Positions 55,054 through 62,956 of a DNA stretch of 64,000 bases are shown in pieces. Numbering within the stretch: the first letter of the stretch is position 1; each line of letters begins with the position of its first letter. Under the pieces are notes generated by a model. The model was not told where the DNA came from. It saw only the letters and a program-made list of their open reading frames with translations, and did not search any database. The stretch lies in NCBI GenBank assembly GCA_035526585.1, contig DATLCC010000087.1:80-64079 (forward strand). The letters run 5' to 3'. This stretch comes from Thermoplasmatota archaeon. Lineage in GTDB: Archaea; Thermoplasmatota; SW-10-69-26; JACQPN01; JAJPHT01. Position numbers and translations under genes: made by a program.

Positions 55054-55173
55054 GCCGGTGGGGCGGCCCAATGCGCCCGTCCCGCAGCTTGCTGCGGCGT
55101 GCGGCGCGCCCGCGGGTACGCCGCGTTGAAAACTGGTGGCAAGTCCTCGCAGGGTCACGTCCTGTCCTCGGCG
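55054..55173 (+). pseudogene. Aberrant tRNA-Ser paralogue with a 44-nt GC-rich insertion in the anticodon loop and a degenerate T-loop
   Basis: It aligns to the intact gene 25 nt upstream (GGCGGCCCAATGCGCC..TTGAAAACTGGTGG..CAAGTCCTCGCAGG..CCTGTCCTCGGCGC). There is a 2-nt deletion in the 5' acceptor and an A-to-C change in the anticodon stem. The insertion is CCGCAGCTTGCTGCGGCGTGCGGCGCGCCCGCGGGTACGCCGCG, and the T-loop is GTCACGT instead of TTCAAAT. Confidence 0.55.
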
Positions 55174-55190
55174 CTTCCACGATCGCGGGT

Positions 55191-55211
55191 GCTAGGTGAC
55201 GGGTACCTAGC
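55191..55211. repeat. Hairpin repeat GCTAGGT-GACGGGT-ACCTAGC (copy 1 of 3)
   Basis: Read directly from the sequence. It is nested inside an outer palindrome GATCGCG..CGCGATC (55181-55227). Confidence 0.85.
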
Positions 55212-55255
55212 CCTCGCGGTACGCGATCAGGCGCTTTCCTCGTGGGCGCGGTTCC

Positions 55256-55278
55256 GGCTAGGTGAGGGGTACCTAGCC
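55256..55278. repeat. Hairpin repeat GGCTAGGT-GAGGGGT-ACCTAGCC (copy 2 of 3)
   Basis: Read directly from the sequence. It lies about 100 nt upstream of the transketolase TATA box. Confidence 0.85.
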
Positions 55279-55377
55279 ACATGTCACCCCCCGGTTACGC
55301 ATCCCGCGCTCCGGTCGCATCGGAAGCCCCCGATGCGGTCTCGCGAAGCGGAGCTCGCCGTCCACGCGCGGGGACAC

Positions 55378-55385
55378 CTTTTATC
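55378..55385 (+). promoter_or_regulatory. TATA-like box (CTTTTATC) about 28 nt upstream of ATG 55410
   Basis: The spacing supports the shorter, leaderless model for the transketolase N-terminal subunit gene. Confidence 0.45.
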
Positions 55386-55409
55386 TGGAAGACCCGCCTC
55401 GGCGACACC

Positions 55410-56357
55410 ATGTTCCCGCTCGCGCTGGCTCCGGCGAGGCCCGACCTCGCGGATCTCAAGGAGGCCGCCCGCCAGGTGCGCCTCGACGTCCTCCGCATGA
55501 CGCACAAGGCGCAGAGCGGCCACCCTGGCGGCAGCTTCAGCATGGCCGAGCTCGTCGTCGCCCTGTACGCGACGCGCCTCCGCGTGGACCCGAAGGCGCC
55601 CAAGGCCCCCGCGCGCGACCGCTTCATCCTCAGCAAGGGGCACACGTGCCCCGCGCTCTACGCCGTCCTTGCCGAGCGCGGATTCTTCTCGCGCGACGAG
55701 TTCAAGGGGCTCCGCCGCGCGGGCCACCTCCTCCAGGGGCACTCGGACCACAAGATCCCCGGCGTCGACATGAGCGCGGGATCGCTTGGCATGGGCCTCG
55801 GATTCGCGAACGGGGTCGCGCTGGGCCAGAAGCTCCAGGGGCACGCCGACACCCGCGTCTGGGTCATGATGGGCGATGGCGAATGCCAGGAGGGCAGCGT
55901 CTGGGAGAGCGCGATGACGACTCCCTTCCGCAAGCTGGACAGGGTCACCGCGATCGTGGACGTGAACCAGATCCAGATCGACGGCTTCACGAAGGACGTG
56001 AAGGACGTCGAGCCGCTCGCCGACAAATGGCGCGCCTTCGGCTGGGACGTCGTGGACATCGACGGGCACGACTTCCGCCAGATCCTTTCGGCATACGAGT
56101 ACGCCGACTCGCGCGTCGGCAGCGGCAAGCCCGTGTGCATCCTCGCGCGCACGAAGAAGGGCGCCGGCGTCTCCTTCATGGAGCTCAAGTCCGACTACCA
56201 CGGCCGCGCCCTCACCGACGACGAGATGAGGCGCGCGTTCGCCGAGCTCGGCGAGAGCGCGTGGGAAGGGCCCACGGCGCCGCAGGCGACGCGGGAGGGC
56301 CCTACGCGCGCGGCCGGATCCGCAGGATCCGGCCAGAGCTTCACGGGGGCGATCTGA
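55410..56357 (+). CDS. tkt: Transketolase, N-terminal (TPP-binding) subunit
   Basis: Contains SGHPGGSFS and GDGECQEGSVWE. I take the start at MFPLALAPAR (ATG 55410); the track start is 55281. Confidence 0.9.
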   Translation: MFPLALAPARPDLADLKEAARQVRLDVLRMTHKAQSGHPGGSFSMAELVVALYATRLRVDPKAPKAPARDRFILSKGHTCPALYAVLAERGFFSRDEFKGLRRAGHLLQGHSDHKIPGVDMSAGSLGMGLGFANGVALGQKLQGHADTRVWVMMGDGECQEGSVWESAMTTPFRKLDRVTAIVDVNQIQIDGFTKDVKDVEPLADKWRAFGWDVVDIDGHDFRQILSAYEYADSRVGSGKPVCILARTKKGAGVSFMELKSDYHGRALTDDEMRRAFAELGESAWEGPTAPQATREGPTRAAGSAGSGQSFTGAI

Positions 56358-57313
56358 TGTCCGTCCCCACGAAGTTCGAGAAGCCCACCGCCACGCGCGA
56401 CGGCTACGGCGCGGGCCTCCACAAGCTGGGCGCGATGGACGCGCGCGTGGTCGCGCTCGACGCCGACCTCGCCGAGAGCACGCGCAGCAAGTGGTTCCAG
56501 GAGAGCTGGCCGGACCGCTTCTTCCAGATGGGCATCGCCGAGCAGGACATGGTCCTCACCGCCGCGGGCCTCGCGTCGACCGGGCTGCGTCCGTACGCGA
56601 GCACGTTCGCCATCTTCACGGAGCGCGCGTTCGAGATCACCCGCAACGCCGTCGCGCGCCCGAACCTCAACGTCAAGATCGTGGGCTCCCACGGCGGCAT
56701 CATGACCGGCGAGGACGGCGCCTCCGCGCACGCTATCGAGGACGTCGCCATCTACCGCGCGCTCCCGAACTTCCGCGTCGTCGTCCCCGGCGACGCGAAC
56801 GAGGCGATGAACGCCACGATCGCGCTCAACGAGACGGACGGTCCCGCGTACCTCAAGCTCACGCGCCAGAAGGTCCCCGTGCTCACGGCGCCCGACGCGA
56901 CGTTCCGCGTCGGCCAATGGACGACCCTGCGCGACGGCGCCGACGTCACGCTGCTCGCGAACGGCGCCCTCGTCTCGGAGGCGCTCGTGGCCGCGGACCT
57001 GCTGAAGGCGATCGGCGTCTCCGCGCGCGTCGTGAACGCGCACACGGTGAAGCCGGTCGACATGGTGACGCTCGAGCGCGCGGCGCGCGACACGGGCGCG
57101 CTCGTCACGGCCGAGGACCACAGCGTGATCGGCGGTCTCGGAAGCGCCGTCGCCGAGGGCGCCGCCGACACGTACCCCGTGCCCATCGCGCGCGTGGGCG
57201 TTCCCGATCGCTACGTGGAAAGCGGGCTCCCGACCGAGCTCTACGAGAGGACCGGGTTCACGGGCAAGGCGCTCGCCGAGGCGGCGCTGGCCGTCATGAA
57301 GCGCAAGCGGTAA
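56357..57313 (+). CDS. tkt: Transketolase, C-terminal (pyrimidine-binding) subunit
   Basis: 318 aa. The ATG overlaps the upstream TGA by 1 nt (TGATG). Contains FQMGIAEQDMV. Confidence 0.9.
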   Translation: MSVPTKFEKPTATRDGYGAGLHKLGAMDARVVALDADLAESTRSKWFQESWPDRFFQMGIAEQDMVLTAAGLASTGLRPYASTFAIFTERAFEITRNAVARPNLNVKIVGSHGGIMTGEDGASAHAIEDVAIYRALPNFRVVVPGDANEAMNATIALNETDGPAYLKLTRQKVPVLTAPDATFRVGQWTTLRDGADVTLLANGALVSEALVAADLLKAIGVSARVVNAHTVKPVDMVTLERAARDTGALVTAEDHSVIGGLGSAVAEGAADTYPVPIARVGVPDRYVESGLPTELYERTGFTGKALAEAALAVMKRKR

Positions 57314-57327
57314 CGGAGACCGCCTGC

Positions 57328-57350
57328 GGCTAGGTGACGGGTACCTAGCC
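57328..57350. repeat. Hairpin repeat GGCTAGGT-GACGGGT-ACCTAGCC (copy 3 of 3)
   Basis: Read directly from the sequence. It lies 15 nt after the transketolase C-subunit stop. Confidence 0.85.
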
Positions 57351-57373
57351 CCAGGGCTGGCGCTGGTGGATCA

Positions 57374-57409
57374 AGAAAGAAAAAATGACGCCGCCCGAAG
57401 GCGGCGTCG
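57374..57409 (-). terminator. Hairpin plus T-tract terminator downstream of the thermosome gene
   Basis: On the minus strand, GACGCCGCC-TTCG-GGCGGCGTC (a 9-bp perfect stem) is followed by ATTTTTTCTTTCTT. It lies about 85 nt after the stop at 57494. Confidence 0.55.
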
Positions 57410-57493
57410 TTCGCAGTCCCGGACGTCGTCCCCGCCGGCACTGGATGGCCTCGCGTCCGTGCCGGCGGCTGCGGCTTCTTCGCGCTTACGCGC

Positions 57494-59110
57494 TCAGAAG
57501 TCCTCGCCGCCGGGCGCGCCGCCCTTCGGGGCTTCGAACTCCTTGGCGGCGATGACGTCGTCGATGCGCAGGATCATCGTGGCGACCTCGGTCGCGCTCT
57601 GGATGGCCTGCGTCTTCACGCGGAGGGGCTCGACGACGTTGTTGGCGAAGCTGTCCTCGACCTTGCCGGTGTCGAGGTTGATTCCGTAGGTCGTGTGGCC
57701 TTTCTCGTGCGCGCTGCGCAGGTCGACGAGCACGTTGATCGCGTCAAGGCCCGCGTTCTCGGCGAGGGTGCGGGGGATGATCTCGACCGCGTCCGCGAAC
57801 GCCTCGATGGCGAGCTGCTCGCGGCCGCCCACGGACGCCGCGTACTTGCGGAGGTGGAGCGCGACCTCGATCTCGGGCGCGCCGCCGCCGGCGACGAGCT
57901 GGCCGTCCTTGAGGGCGGTGCCGACCACGCCGATCGCGTCGTCGAGCGTGCGCTCGACCTCGTCGATCACGTGCTCGGTGCCGCCGCGGACCATGATGCT
58001 CACGGCCTTCGCGGAGGGGCACTCGGTGACGAACGTGAGCTCGTCGTTGCCGATCTTGCGCTGCTCGACGCTGCCGGCGTTGCCGAGGTCGTCCTTCGTG
58101 AGCTCCTTGAGGTTCGAGACGATCTTGGCGCCCGTGGCGCGCGCGAGCTTCTTCATGTCCTTCTCGGAGACGCTCTTCACGGCGAAGACGTTCTCCTTGG
58201 CGAGGAAGTGCTGGGCGAGGTCGTCGATGCCCTTCTGCGTGAAGAGCACGGTCGCGCCGCTGTTCTTCACGGTCTCGACCATGCGGCGGAGCGTCTTCTC
58301 TTCCTCGTCGAGGAAGGCCTGGAACTGGTCCGGGGCCGTGATCTCGATGTTCGCGTCGACCTCGGTCTTCTTGATCTCGAGGGCGGCGTTCACGAGCGCG
58401 ATCTTCGCGTTGCGGACGTTCTTGGGCATGCGGCTGTGGGCGCGCTCCTTGTCGAGGATGACGCCGAGGACGAGCTCGCTGTCCTGGACGCTGCCGCCGG
58501 TCTTCTTCTCGATCTTGATGTTGTCCTTCTCGACGCTCCACTTGCCGTTCGCGTCCTTCTCGGAAACGGCGGCGACGGCGCGGACGGTGATGTCGGCGAG
58601 GATGTCGCTGTAGGCCGAGGCGCCCTTGGACGCCATGGAGGTGCGGGCGATGCGGAGCATCGTCTCGCGGTCCTCGGGGCGGACGGGCTTCGCGATGCTG
58701 CGGAGCACTTCGAGCGCCTTCTCGACGGCCATGCGGTAGCCCTGGGTGATGATGGTCGGGTGGAGGTCCTCGACGAGGTCCTCGGCCTGGCGGAGGAGCT
58801 CGCCCGCGAGGACGACGCTGGAGGTCGTGCCGTCGCCGACCTCGGCTTCCTGCGTCTTTGCGACCTCGATGATCATCTTCGCCGCGGGGTGCGCGACGTC
58901 GATCTCCTTGAGGATGGTCGCGCCGTCGTTCGTGATGACGACGTCGCCCATGCTGTCGACGAGCATCTTGTCCATGCCCTTCGGTCCGAGCGTCGAGCGC
59001 ACCGCTTCCGCGACGGCCTTGGCCGCGAGGATGTTGTTCGACTGGGCGTTGCGGCCCTTGGTGCGCGACGTGCCTTCCTTCATGATGATGATCGGCTGGT
59101 TGCCCTGCAT
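57494..59110 (-). CDS. ths: Thermosome subunit (group II chaperonin)
   Basis: 538 aa with [19 protein letters not shown] and VGDGTTS. It has a full-length CCT/thermosome profile. Confidence 0.97.
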   Translation of the reverse strand: MQGNQPIIIMKEGTSRTKGRNAQSNNILAAKAVAEAVRSTLGPKGMDKMLVDSMGDVVITNDGATILKEIDVAHPAAKMIIEVAKTQEAEVGDGTTSSVVLAGELLRQAEDLVEDLHPTIITQGYRMAVEKALEVLRSIAKPVRPEDRETMLRIARTSMASKGASAYSDILADITVRAVAAVSEKDANGKWSVEKDNIKIEKKTGGSVQDSELVLGVILDKERAHSRMPKNVRNAKIALVNAALEIKKTEVDANIEITAPDQFQAFLDEEEKTLRRMVETVKNSGATVLFTQKGIDDLAQHFLAKENVFAVKSVSEKDMKKLARATGAKIVSNLKELTKDDLGNAGSVEQRKIGNDELTFVTECPSAKAVSIMVRGGTEHVIDEVERTLDDAIGVVGTALKDGQLVAGGGAPEIEVALHLRKYAASVGGREQLAIEAFADAVEIIPRTLAENAGLDAINVLVDLRSAHEKGHTTYGINLDTGKVEDSFANNVVEPLRVKTQAIQSATEVATMILRIDDVIAAKEFEAPKGGAPGGEDF

Positions 59111-59128
59111 GGTTTCACCTGGTGGAAT

Positions 59129-59716
59129 TCAATCGATGGACACGGAGTGTCCGGGATCCGCGGGGGTGGCCCGCTGGAGAGTGACGTCGAGGATGCCGTT
59201 CTTGAAGGTCGCCTTCGCGCTCTGCGGCACGACCTTCGACGGGAGCCTGACCTGCTTGTGGTAGCGGCGCGCGCCCTTCTCGACGCGCACCGTGAGGGAT
59301 TCCTCCGCGACCTTGAGGCTCAGGTCGCCCTTCTCGACGCCCGGGAGCTCGACCGTGACGGCGATGTCCTTCTCCCCCTCGATGACGTCGGAGAGGGGCT
59401 CGCGGACGAGGTCGTCGACGGCGGCCGCGCCCGCGTCGATGGTGGGCGCGGAGGGGTCGCCCGTGAAGCCGGGGGCCGAGGACCCGAAGGGGGTCAGATG
59501 GGGCTGGCCGTCCTTCCCGACGCGCATGGAGAAGCCATAGACGAAGGGCTGCTCGCGCTGGGGGGATTCGGCGTGCCGCATGGCATCCTCCATGATCTTG
59601 GAGATCATGCCCTGCATGCGGGCGAACTCCTTCTCGAAGTCCGCGAAGAATTCGGGGGGGATGCCTGCGCCAAAGCCGCGCTTCCGCCACAGATCGAAGG
59701 GGTCTTCGGGTGCCAT
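59129..59716 (-). CDS. hsp20: Hsp20 / alpha-crystallin small heat-shock protein
   Basis: An alpha-crystallin domain is present ([34 protein letters not shown]). ATG 59716 is preceded by GGAGG; the track start is TTG 59731. It lies 18 nt upstream of the thermosome gene, so an operon is probable. A TATA-like box (TTATAGAA on the minus strand) is at 59750-59759. Confidence 0.85.
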   Translation of the reverse strand: MAPEDPFDLWRKRGFGAGIPPEFFADFEKEFARMQGMISKIMEDAMRHAESPQREQPFVYGFSMRVGKDGQPHLTPFGSSAPGFTGDPSAPTIDAGAAAVDDLVREPLSDVIEGEKDIAVTVELPGVEKGDLSLKVAEESLTVRVEKGARRYHKQVRLPSKVVPQSAKATFKNGILDVTLQRATPADPGHSVSID

Positions 59717-59842
59717 GTGCGGTTCCTCCAAGCGCCCCTAAACGAGGACTTCTATAAGGAGCTATCGCCCTCCCGGGTCAAGTCCATGAGACGCATCGGC
59801 AGCCGTGCGAAGGACGGTCATGCCCCGCGCGGGGAGCCGACG

Positions 59843-59851
59843 CTTTTATAT
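59843..59851 (+). promoter_or_regulatory. TATA box (CTTTTATAT) about 33-40 nt upstream of the purF GTG at 59884
   Basis: This is the strongest AT-rich element in the hsp20-purF divergent spacer. Confidence 0.45.
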
Positions 59852-59883
59852 GAGAGGCCTGATGGGCGAAGCAGTCGGAGGAC

Positions 59884-61317
59884 GTGCCCTTGGACCCCGA
59901 TGTCGCCGATGAAGAGGAGGTCTTCCGGGACAAATGCGGCGTCGTGGGCATCGCGGGGACCGTTGAAGTCGCGCCGCTCCTCTATTACGGCCTCCACGCC
60001 CTCCAGCATCGCGGCCAGGAGTCGGGCGGCATTTCTGTGTTCAACACAGGCGCCACCCGGACCCACAAGGCCATGGGGCTCGTGGACACGGTGTTCACGC
60101 CTGAGACGCTCGCCCAGATGCCCGGCCACGTCGGCATCGGGCACGTCCGGTACGCCACGACCGGCGGCAGCCACATCGAGAACGCGCAGCCTGTGGTCAT
60201 CGAGGCACAGCAGGGCACGCTCGCCCTCGCGCACAACGGCGACGTCGTGAACAGCGCGACGCTCCGTGACGAGCTCATGGCGAAGGGCTGGGGCTTCCTC
60301 ACCACGAACGACACCGAGGTCGCGGTCCGGCTCCTTGCGACCGAGCTCGCGACGCAGGACAACCGCATCAAGGCGATCCGCAGCGTCATGAAGCGCCTCA
60401 CGGGATCGTACTGCTTCGTCCTCCTCCTCGGAGAGACGATCTACGCCATCCGCGATCCCCTCGGCATCAAGCCGCTCTGCTACGGCGAGCTCAAGGACGG
60501 CAAGGGATGGGTCGTCGCGTCCGAATCCACGGCGCTCAACATCCTCGACGCGCGCCTCGTGCGCGACGTGTCCCCGGGCGAGATCCTCGAGCTCACGAAG
60601 GACGGCGTGAAGAGCTACCCCGCGCTCCAGGTGAGCGAGGTCGCGCACTGCATGTTCGAGTACGTGTACTTCGCGCGCGCGGACAGCGTCATCGACACGC
60701 GCCCCGTGCACGACGTGCGCACCAAGATCGGCGAGCGGCTCGCGAAGGAAGCGCCCGTGCAGGCCGACGGCGTGATCCCCGTGCCCGACAGCGGGCGCAC
60801 GCACGCGCTCGGATTTGCGGCCGCGAGCGGCATCCCCTTCGCGGAAGGCCTGATGAAGAACCGCTACGTGCACCGCACGTTCATCATGCCCAGCCAAAGC
60901 GCGCGGGACCTGGGCGTGCGCATGAAGCTCAATCCTGTCGAGGCGGTCGTGAAAGGCAAGCGTGTCGTCCTCGTCGATGATAGCATCGTGCGCGGCACGA
61001 CGATGAAACGCATCGTGCACATGCTGCGCGACGCTGGCGCCGTCGAAGTGCACGTGCGCATCGGCTCGCCGCCCATCACGAGCCCGTGCTACCTGGGCAT
61101 CGACATGAACACGCGCACGCAGCTCGTCGCCGCCAACCACACTGTCGACGAGATCGGCACGATGATCGGCGCCGACTCGCTCGCCTACATCTCGCTCGAA
61201 GGGCTGCAGACGAGCATCGGGCACGACCCGCGGTCGCTCTGCACCGGGTGTCTCACGGGCCAGTACCCCGTGGACATCCCGGGCGAGATCCGCCGCAAGC
61301 AGTCGACGCTGTTCTAA
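59884..61317 (+). CDS. purF: Amidophosphoribosyltransferase
   Basis: 477 aa. A propeptide precedes the catalytic Cys (..DKCGVVGI). The Ntn GATase domain is followed by a PRTase motif (VVLVDDSIVRGTT). It has a GTG start. Confidence 0.95.
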   Translation: MPLDPDVADEEEVFRDKCGVVGIAGTVEVAPLLYYGLHALQHRGQESGGISVFNTGATRTHKAMGLVDTVFTPETLAQMPGHVGIGHVRYATTGGSHIENAQPVVIEAQQGTLALAHNGDVVNSATLRDELMAKGWGFLTTNDTEVAVRLLATELATQDNRIKAIRSVMKRLTGSYCFVLLLGETIYAIRDPLGIKPLCYGELKDGKGWVVASESTALNILDARLVRDVSPGEILELTKDGVKSYPALQVSEVAHCMFEYVYFARADSVIDTRPVHDVRTKIGERLAKEAPVQADGVIPVPDSGRTHALGFAAASGIPFAEGLMKNRYVHRTFIMPSQSARDLGVRMKLNPVEAVVKGKRVVLVDDSIVRGTTMKRIVHMLRDAGAVEVHVRIGSPPITSPCYLGIDMNTRTQLVAANHTVDEIGTMIGADSLAYISLEGLQTSIGHDPRSLCTGCLTGQYPVDIPGEIRRKQSTLF

Positions 61318-61321
61318 TGTT

Positions 61322-61492
61322 GAGGCCGAGGCTTAGGCCGAGGACGAGGAAGGGACGAGAACGAGGCCGAGGTCTCGCGCCACGCGTCGTACCGCCTGGC
61401 TTCCACGTGGGGTCCACGTGGCAGCACCTGCGCCTCCTCTTCGTCCGCGTCCTCGTCCTCGTCCTCCCTCGGCCTAAGCCTGGGCCTCGGCC
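61322..61492. repeat. Long imperfect inverted repeat: purine-rich arm 61322-61372 and pyrimidine-rich arm 61433-61492, enclosing twin CCACGTGG palindromes
   Basis: The left arm is GAGGCCGAGGCTTAGGCCGAGGACGAGGAAGGGACGAGAACGAGGCCGAGG. The right arm read in reverse complement is GGCCGAGGCCCAGGCTTAGGCCGAGGGAGGACGAGGACGAGGACGCGGACGAAGAGGAGG. CCACGTGG occurs at 61403-61410 and 61414-61421. Confidence 0.8.
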
Positions 61493-61521
61493 TTATGCGG
61501 CGGGAGCCGCATGCCTCCCGC

Positions 61522-61779
61522 ATGGGCATCGCCACCTGGCTCAAGGAACGCCGTCTCGAGCGCACGCACCGGAAGCTCAAGCACCTGCGCGCGTTCCAGT
61601 CGCGCCTGCGTGACCAGGAGGCCGACGTCGTGAACCAGCGCAAGGCCGGCGCGCCCTCGACCGAGCTCGAGGCCAAGGAGCGCAAGCTCCACGAGGAGCG
61701 CGAGAAGCTCACGCGCGAGATCAAGACGCTCCAGGCCGAGGAAGAGAAGCTCAAGGCCGAGCTGAAGCTGGCGGCTTGA
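61522..61779 (+). CDS. Small coiled-coil protein (hypothetical)
   Basis: MGIATWLKERRLERTHRKLKHLRAFQSRLRDQEADVV..EAKERKLHEEREKLTREIKTLQAEEEKLKAELKLAA shows a heptad-like charged pattern. The track start 61495 lies inside the inverted repeat. Coding status is uncertain. Confidence 0.4.
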   Translation: MGIATWLKERRLERTHRKLKHLRAFQSRLRDQEADVVNQRKAGAPSTELEAKERKLHEEREKLTREIKTLQAEEEKLKAELKLAA

Positions 61780-61894
61780 GCGCCTGACGGAATACCTCTT
61801 CTGGACCAACCCGCGCGCGAAGACGGCTCTCGCGACCGTCACGGGCCACGCGGCGGGCGGCTTCACCCTCGACCGCTCGGTCTTCCACGCCTCC

Positions 61895-62506
61895 GTGGAA
61901 GGATATCACCATCGCCAGCCGTGCGACCTCGGGCACGTGCTCGCGGCCGGCCACAAGCTGAAGATCGTCAAGGTGTTCTGGGACCAGCGCGGCCGCCTCG
62001 TGCATCGCACCTCGGGGCCGTTGCCGCCGATCGGAGAAAAGGCGCAGCTCCACGTGGACCAAGACAAGCGCGAGCTGCGGGCCCGGGCGCACGCGGCGCT
62101 TCACCTCACGATCACCGCCGCGAGCGAAAACTATGCGACGTTCACGGAGCCTCCTTTCCTCGTGGGCGGTGGCGAGGCGCGCCTCACGTGCCGCTTCCGC
62201 GACGACCCGCGCGTCATCCTCCCGAAGGTCATCGCGCGCGCGCAGCAGCTCGCCGACGCGCGCGAGGACATCGCGGTGAAATGGGCGCCGCGCGACGACG
62301 CGGTGAAGCTCGCAAGCCACGCGCCGGTGCCCTTCGAACAGGTGATGCCAGGTGAGCCCACGTTGCGCCTGGTGCAATGCGGGAAGCGGAGCCTTCTGCC
62401 ATGCGACGCGCCCTTGTGCGATCACACGTGGCAGATCGGGCAGCTGAAGCTGGGCCTCGTGCAGATCAAGGCCGAGGGCGTGCGCTTCGGCGTGAAGGTC
62501 GTGTAG
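61895..62506 (+). CDS. AlaX-like (COG2872-type) putative aminoacyl-tRNA editing / metal-dependent hydrolase, divergent
   Basis: Contains HxxxH (AHAALHL) and C-terminal LCDHTWQIGQLKL, which resembles the CGGTHV..EIG segment. The same frame is open upstream to 61766. That upstream stretch encodes TEYLFWTNP..FTLDRSVFHA..QPCDLGHV, resembling the conserved N-terminal barrel. The true start is therefore probably near 61784, where only CTG is available. Confidence 0.55.
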   Translation: MEGYHHRQPCDLGHVLAAGHKLKIVKVFWDQRGRLVHRTSGPLPPIGEKAQLHVDQDKRELRARAHAALHLTITAASENYATFTEPPFLVGGGEARLTCRFRDDPRVILPKVIARAQQLADAREDIAVKWAPRDDAVKLASHAPVPFEQVMPGEPTLRLVQCGKRSLLPCDAPLCDHTWQIGQLKLGLVQIKAEGVRFGVKVV

Positions 62507-62552
62507 AGATCATCAGCGAGCGCGGCCCGCAGGCCACGCGAGCGGAGAGTGT

Positions 62553-62681
62553 TCACTTCTGGGTGAGCTTGGCGAGGGCTGCGACGCGGATCTTTTCGCG
62601 GGTGAGTTTGGTGGGGTCGCAGAGGTGGCTGGGGCCGCGCATCTTGTGGCCACAGTTGGGGCAGGTCGCCTTGGCGGGCAT
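62553..62681 (-). CDS. 42-aa CPxCG zinc-finger micro-protein
   Basis: It falls below the ORF-track size cutoff. The sequence is MPAKATCPNCGHKMRGPSHLCDPTKLTREKIRVAALAKLTQK. A TATA-like box (CGCTTATCT on the minus strand, 62705-62713) lies about 28 nt upstream of the ATG. Codons are GC3-rich. Confidence 0.45.
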   Translation of the reverse strand: MPAKATCPNCGHKMRGPSHLCDPTKLTREKIRVAALAKLTQK

Positions 62682-62822
62682 GGGCGCGCGAAGGAGGGTC
62701 CCCCAGATAAGCGTTGGCCGCGTGGTCCAGCTGTGACGCGTCTTCGGCGCTGGCTGAGAATCGTCTTATAGGGGGACGGGGTTCATCGGCGCGTTCCAGG
62801 GGTCGTTCCTTGGGGCGAGAAA

Positions 62823-62896
62823 GGGCTCATGGTCTAGTTGGTTATGACATCCCCTTGACATGGGGAAGATCCCCAGTTCGAATCTGGGTGAGCCCA
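62823..62896 (+). tRNA. tRNA-Val (anticodon GAC)
   Basis: Hand-folded. The acceptor is GGGCTCA/TGAGCCC. The anticodon stem is TCCCC/GGGGA with loop TTGACAT. The T arm is CCCAG-TTCGAAT-CTGGG. Confidence 0.9.
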
Positions 62897-62956
62897 CTCG
62901 CCCGCCCTTCGGGCGGGCTCGTGAAGGAGGGCCCTGCGGGGCCCATCATACGCACC

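Noticed and set aside
54946-55173. Duplicated tRNA-Ser sequence as attL/attR of an integrated element
   Set aside because: The two copies are only 25 nt apart with nothing integrated between them. No integrase is present, and I found no distal tRNA-Ser 3' fragment after the transketolase genes.
55410-57313. Split transketolase as redundant or conflicting with the ADH-synthase (E4P-independent) aromatic pathway
   Set aside because: Split transketolase genes coexist with the ADH/DHQS-II pathway in other archaea, for example methanogens. Co-occurrence alone is not anomalous.
61314-61754. 146-aa minus-strand ORF with acidic (EDEDEDADEEE) and Arg/Pro-rich runs
   Set aside because: It is the translation of the purine/pyrimidine-asymmetric inverted repeat and the antisense of the coiled-coil ORF. 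It has no coding periodicity.
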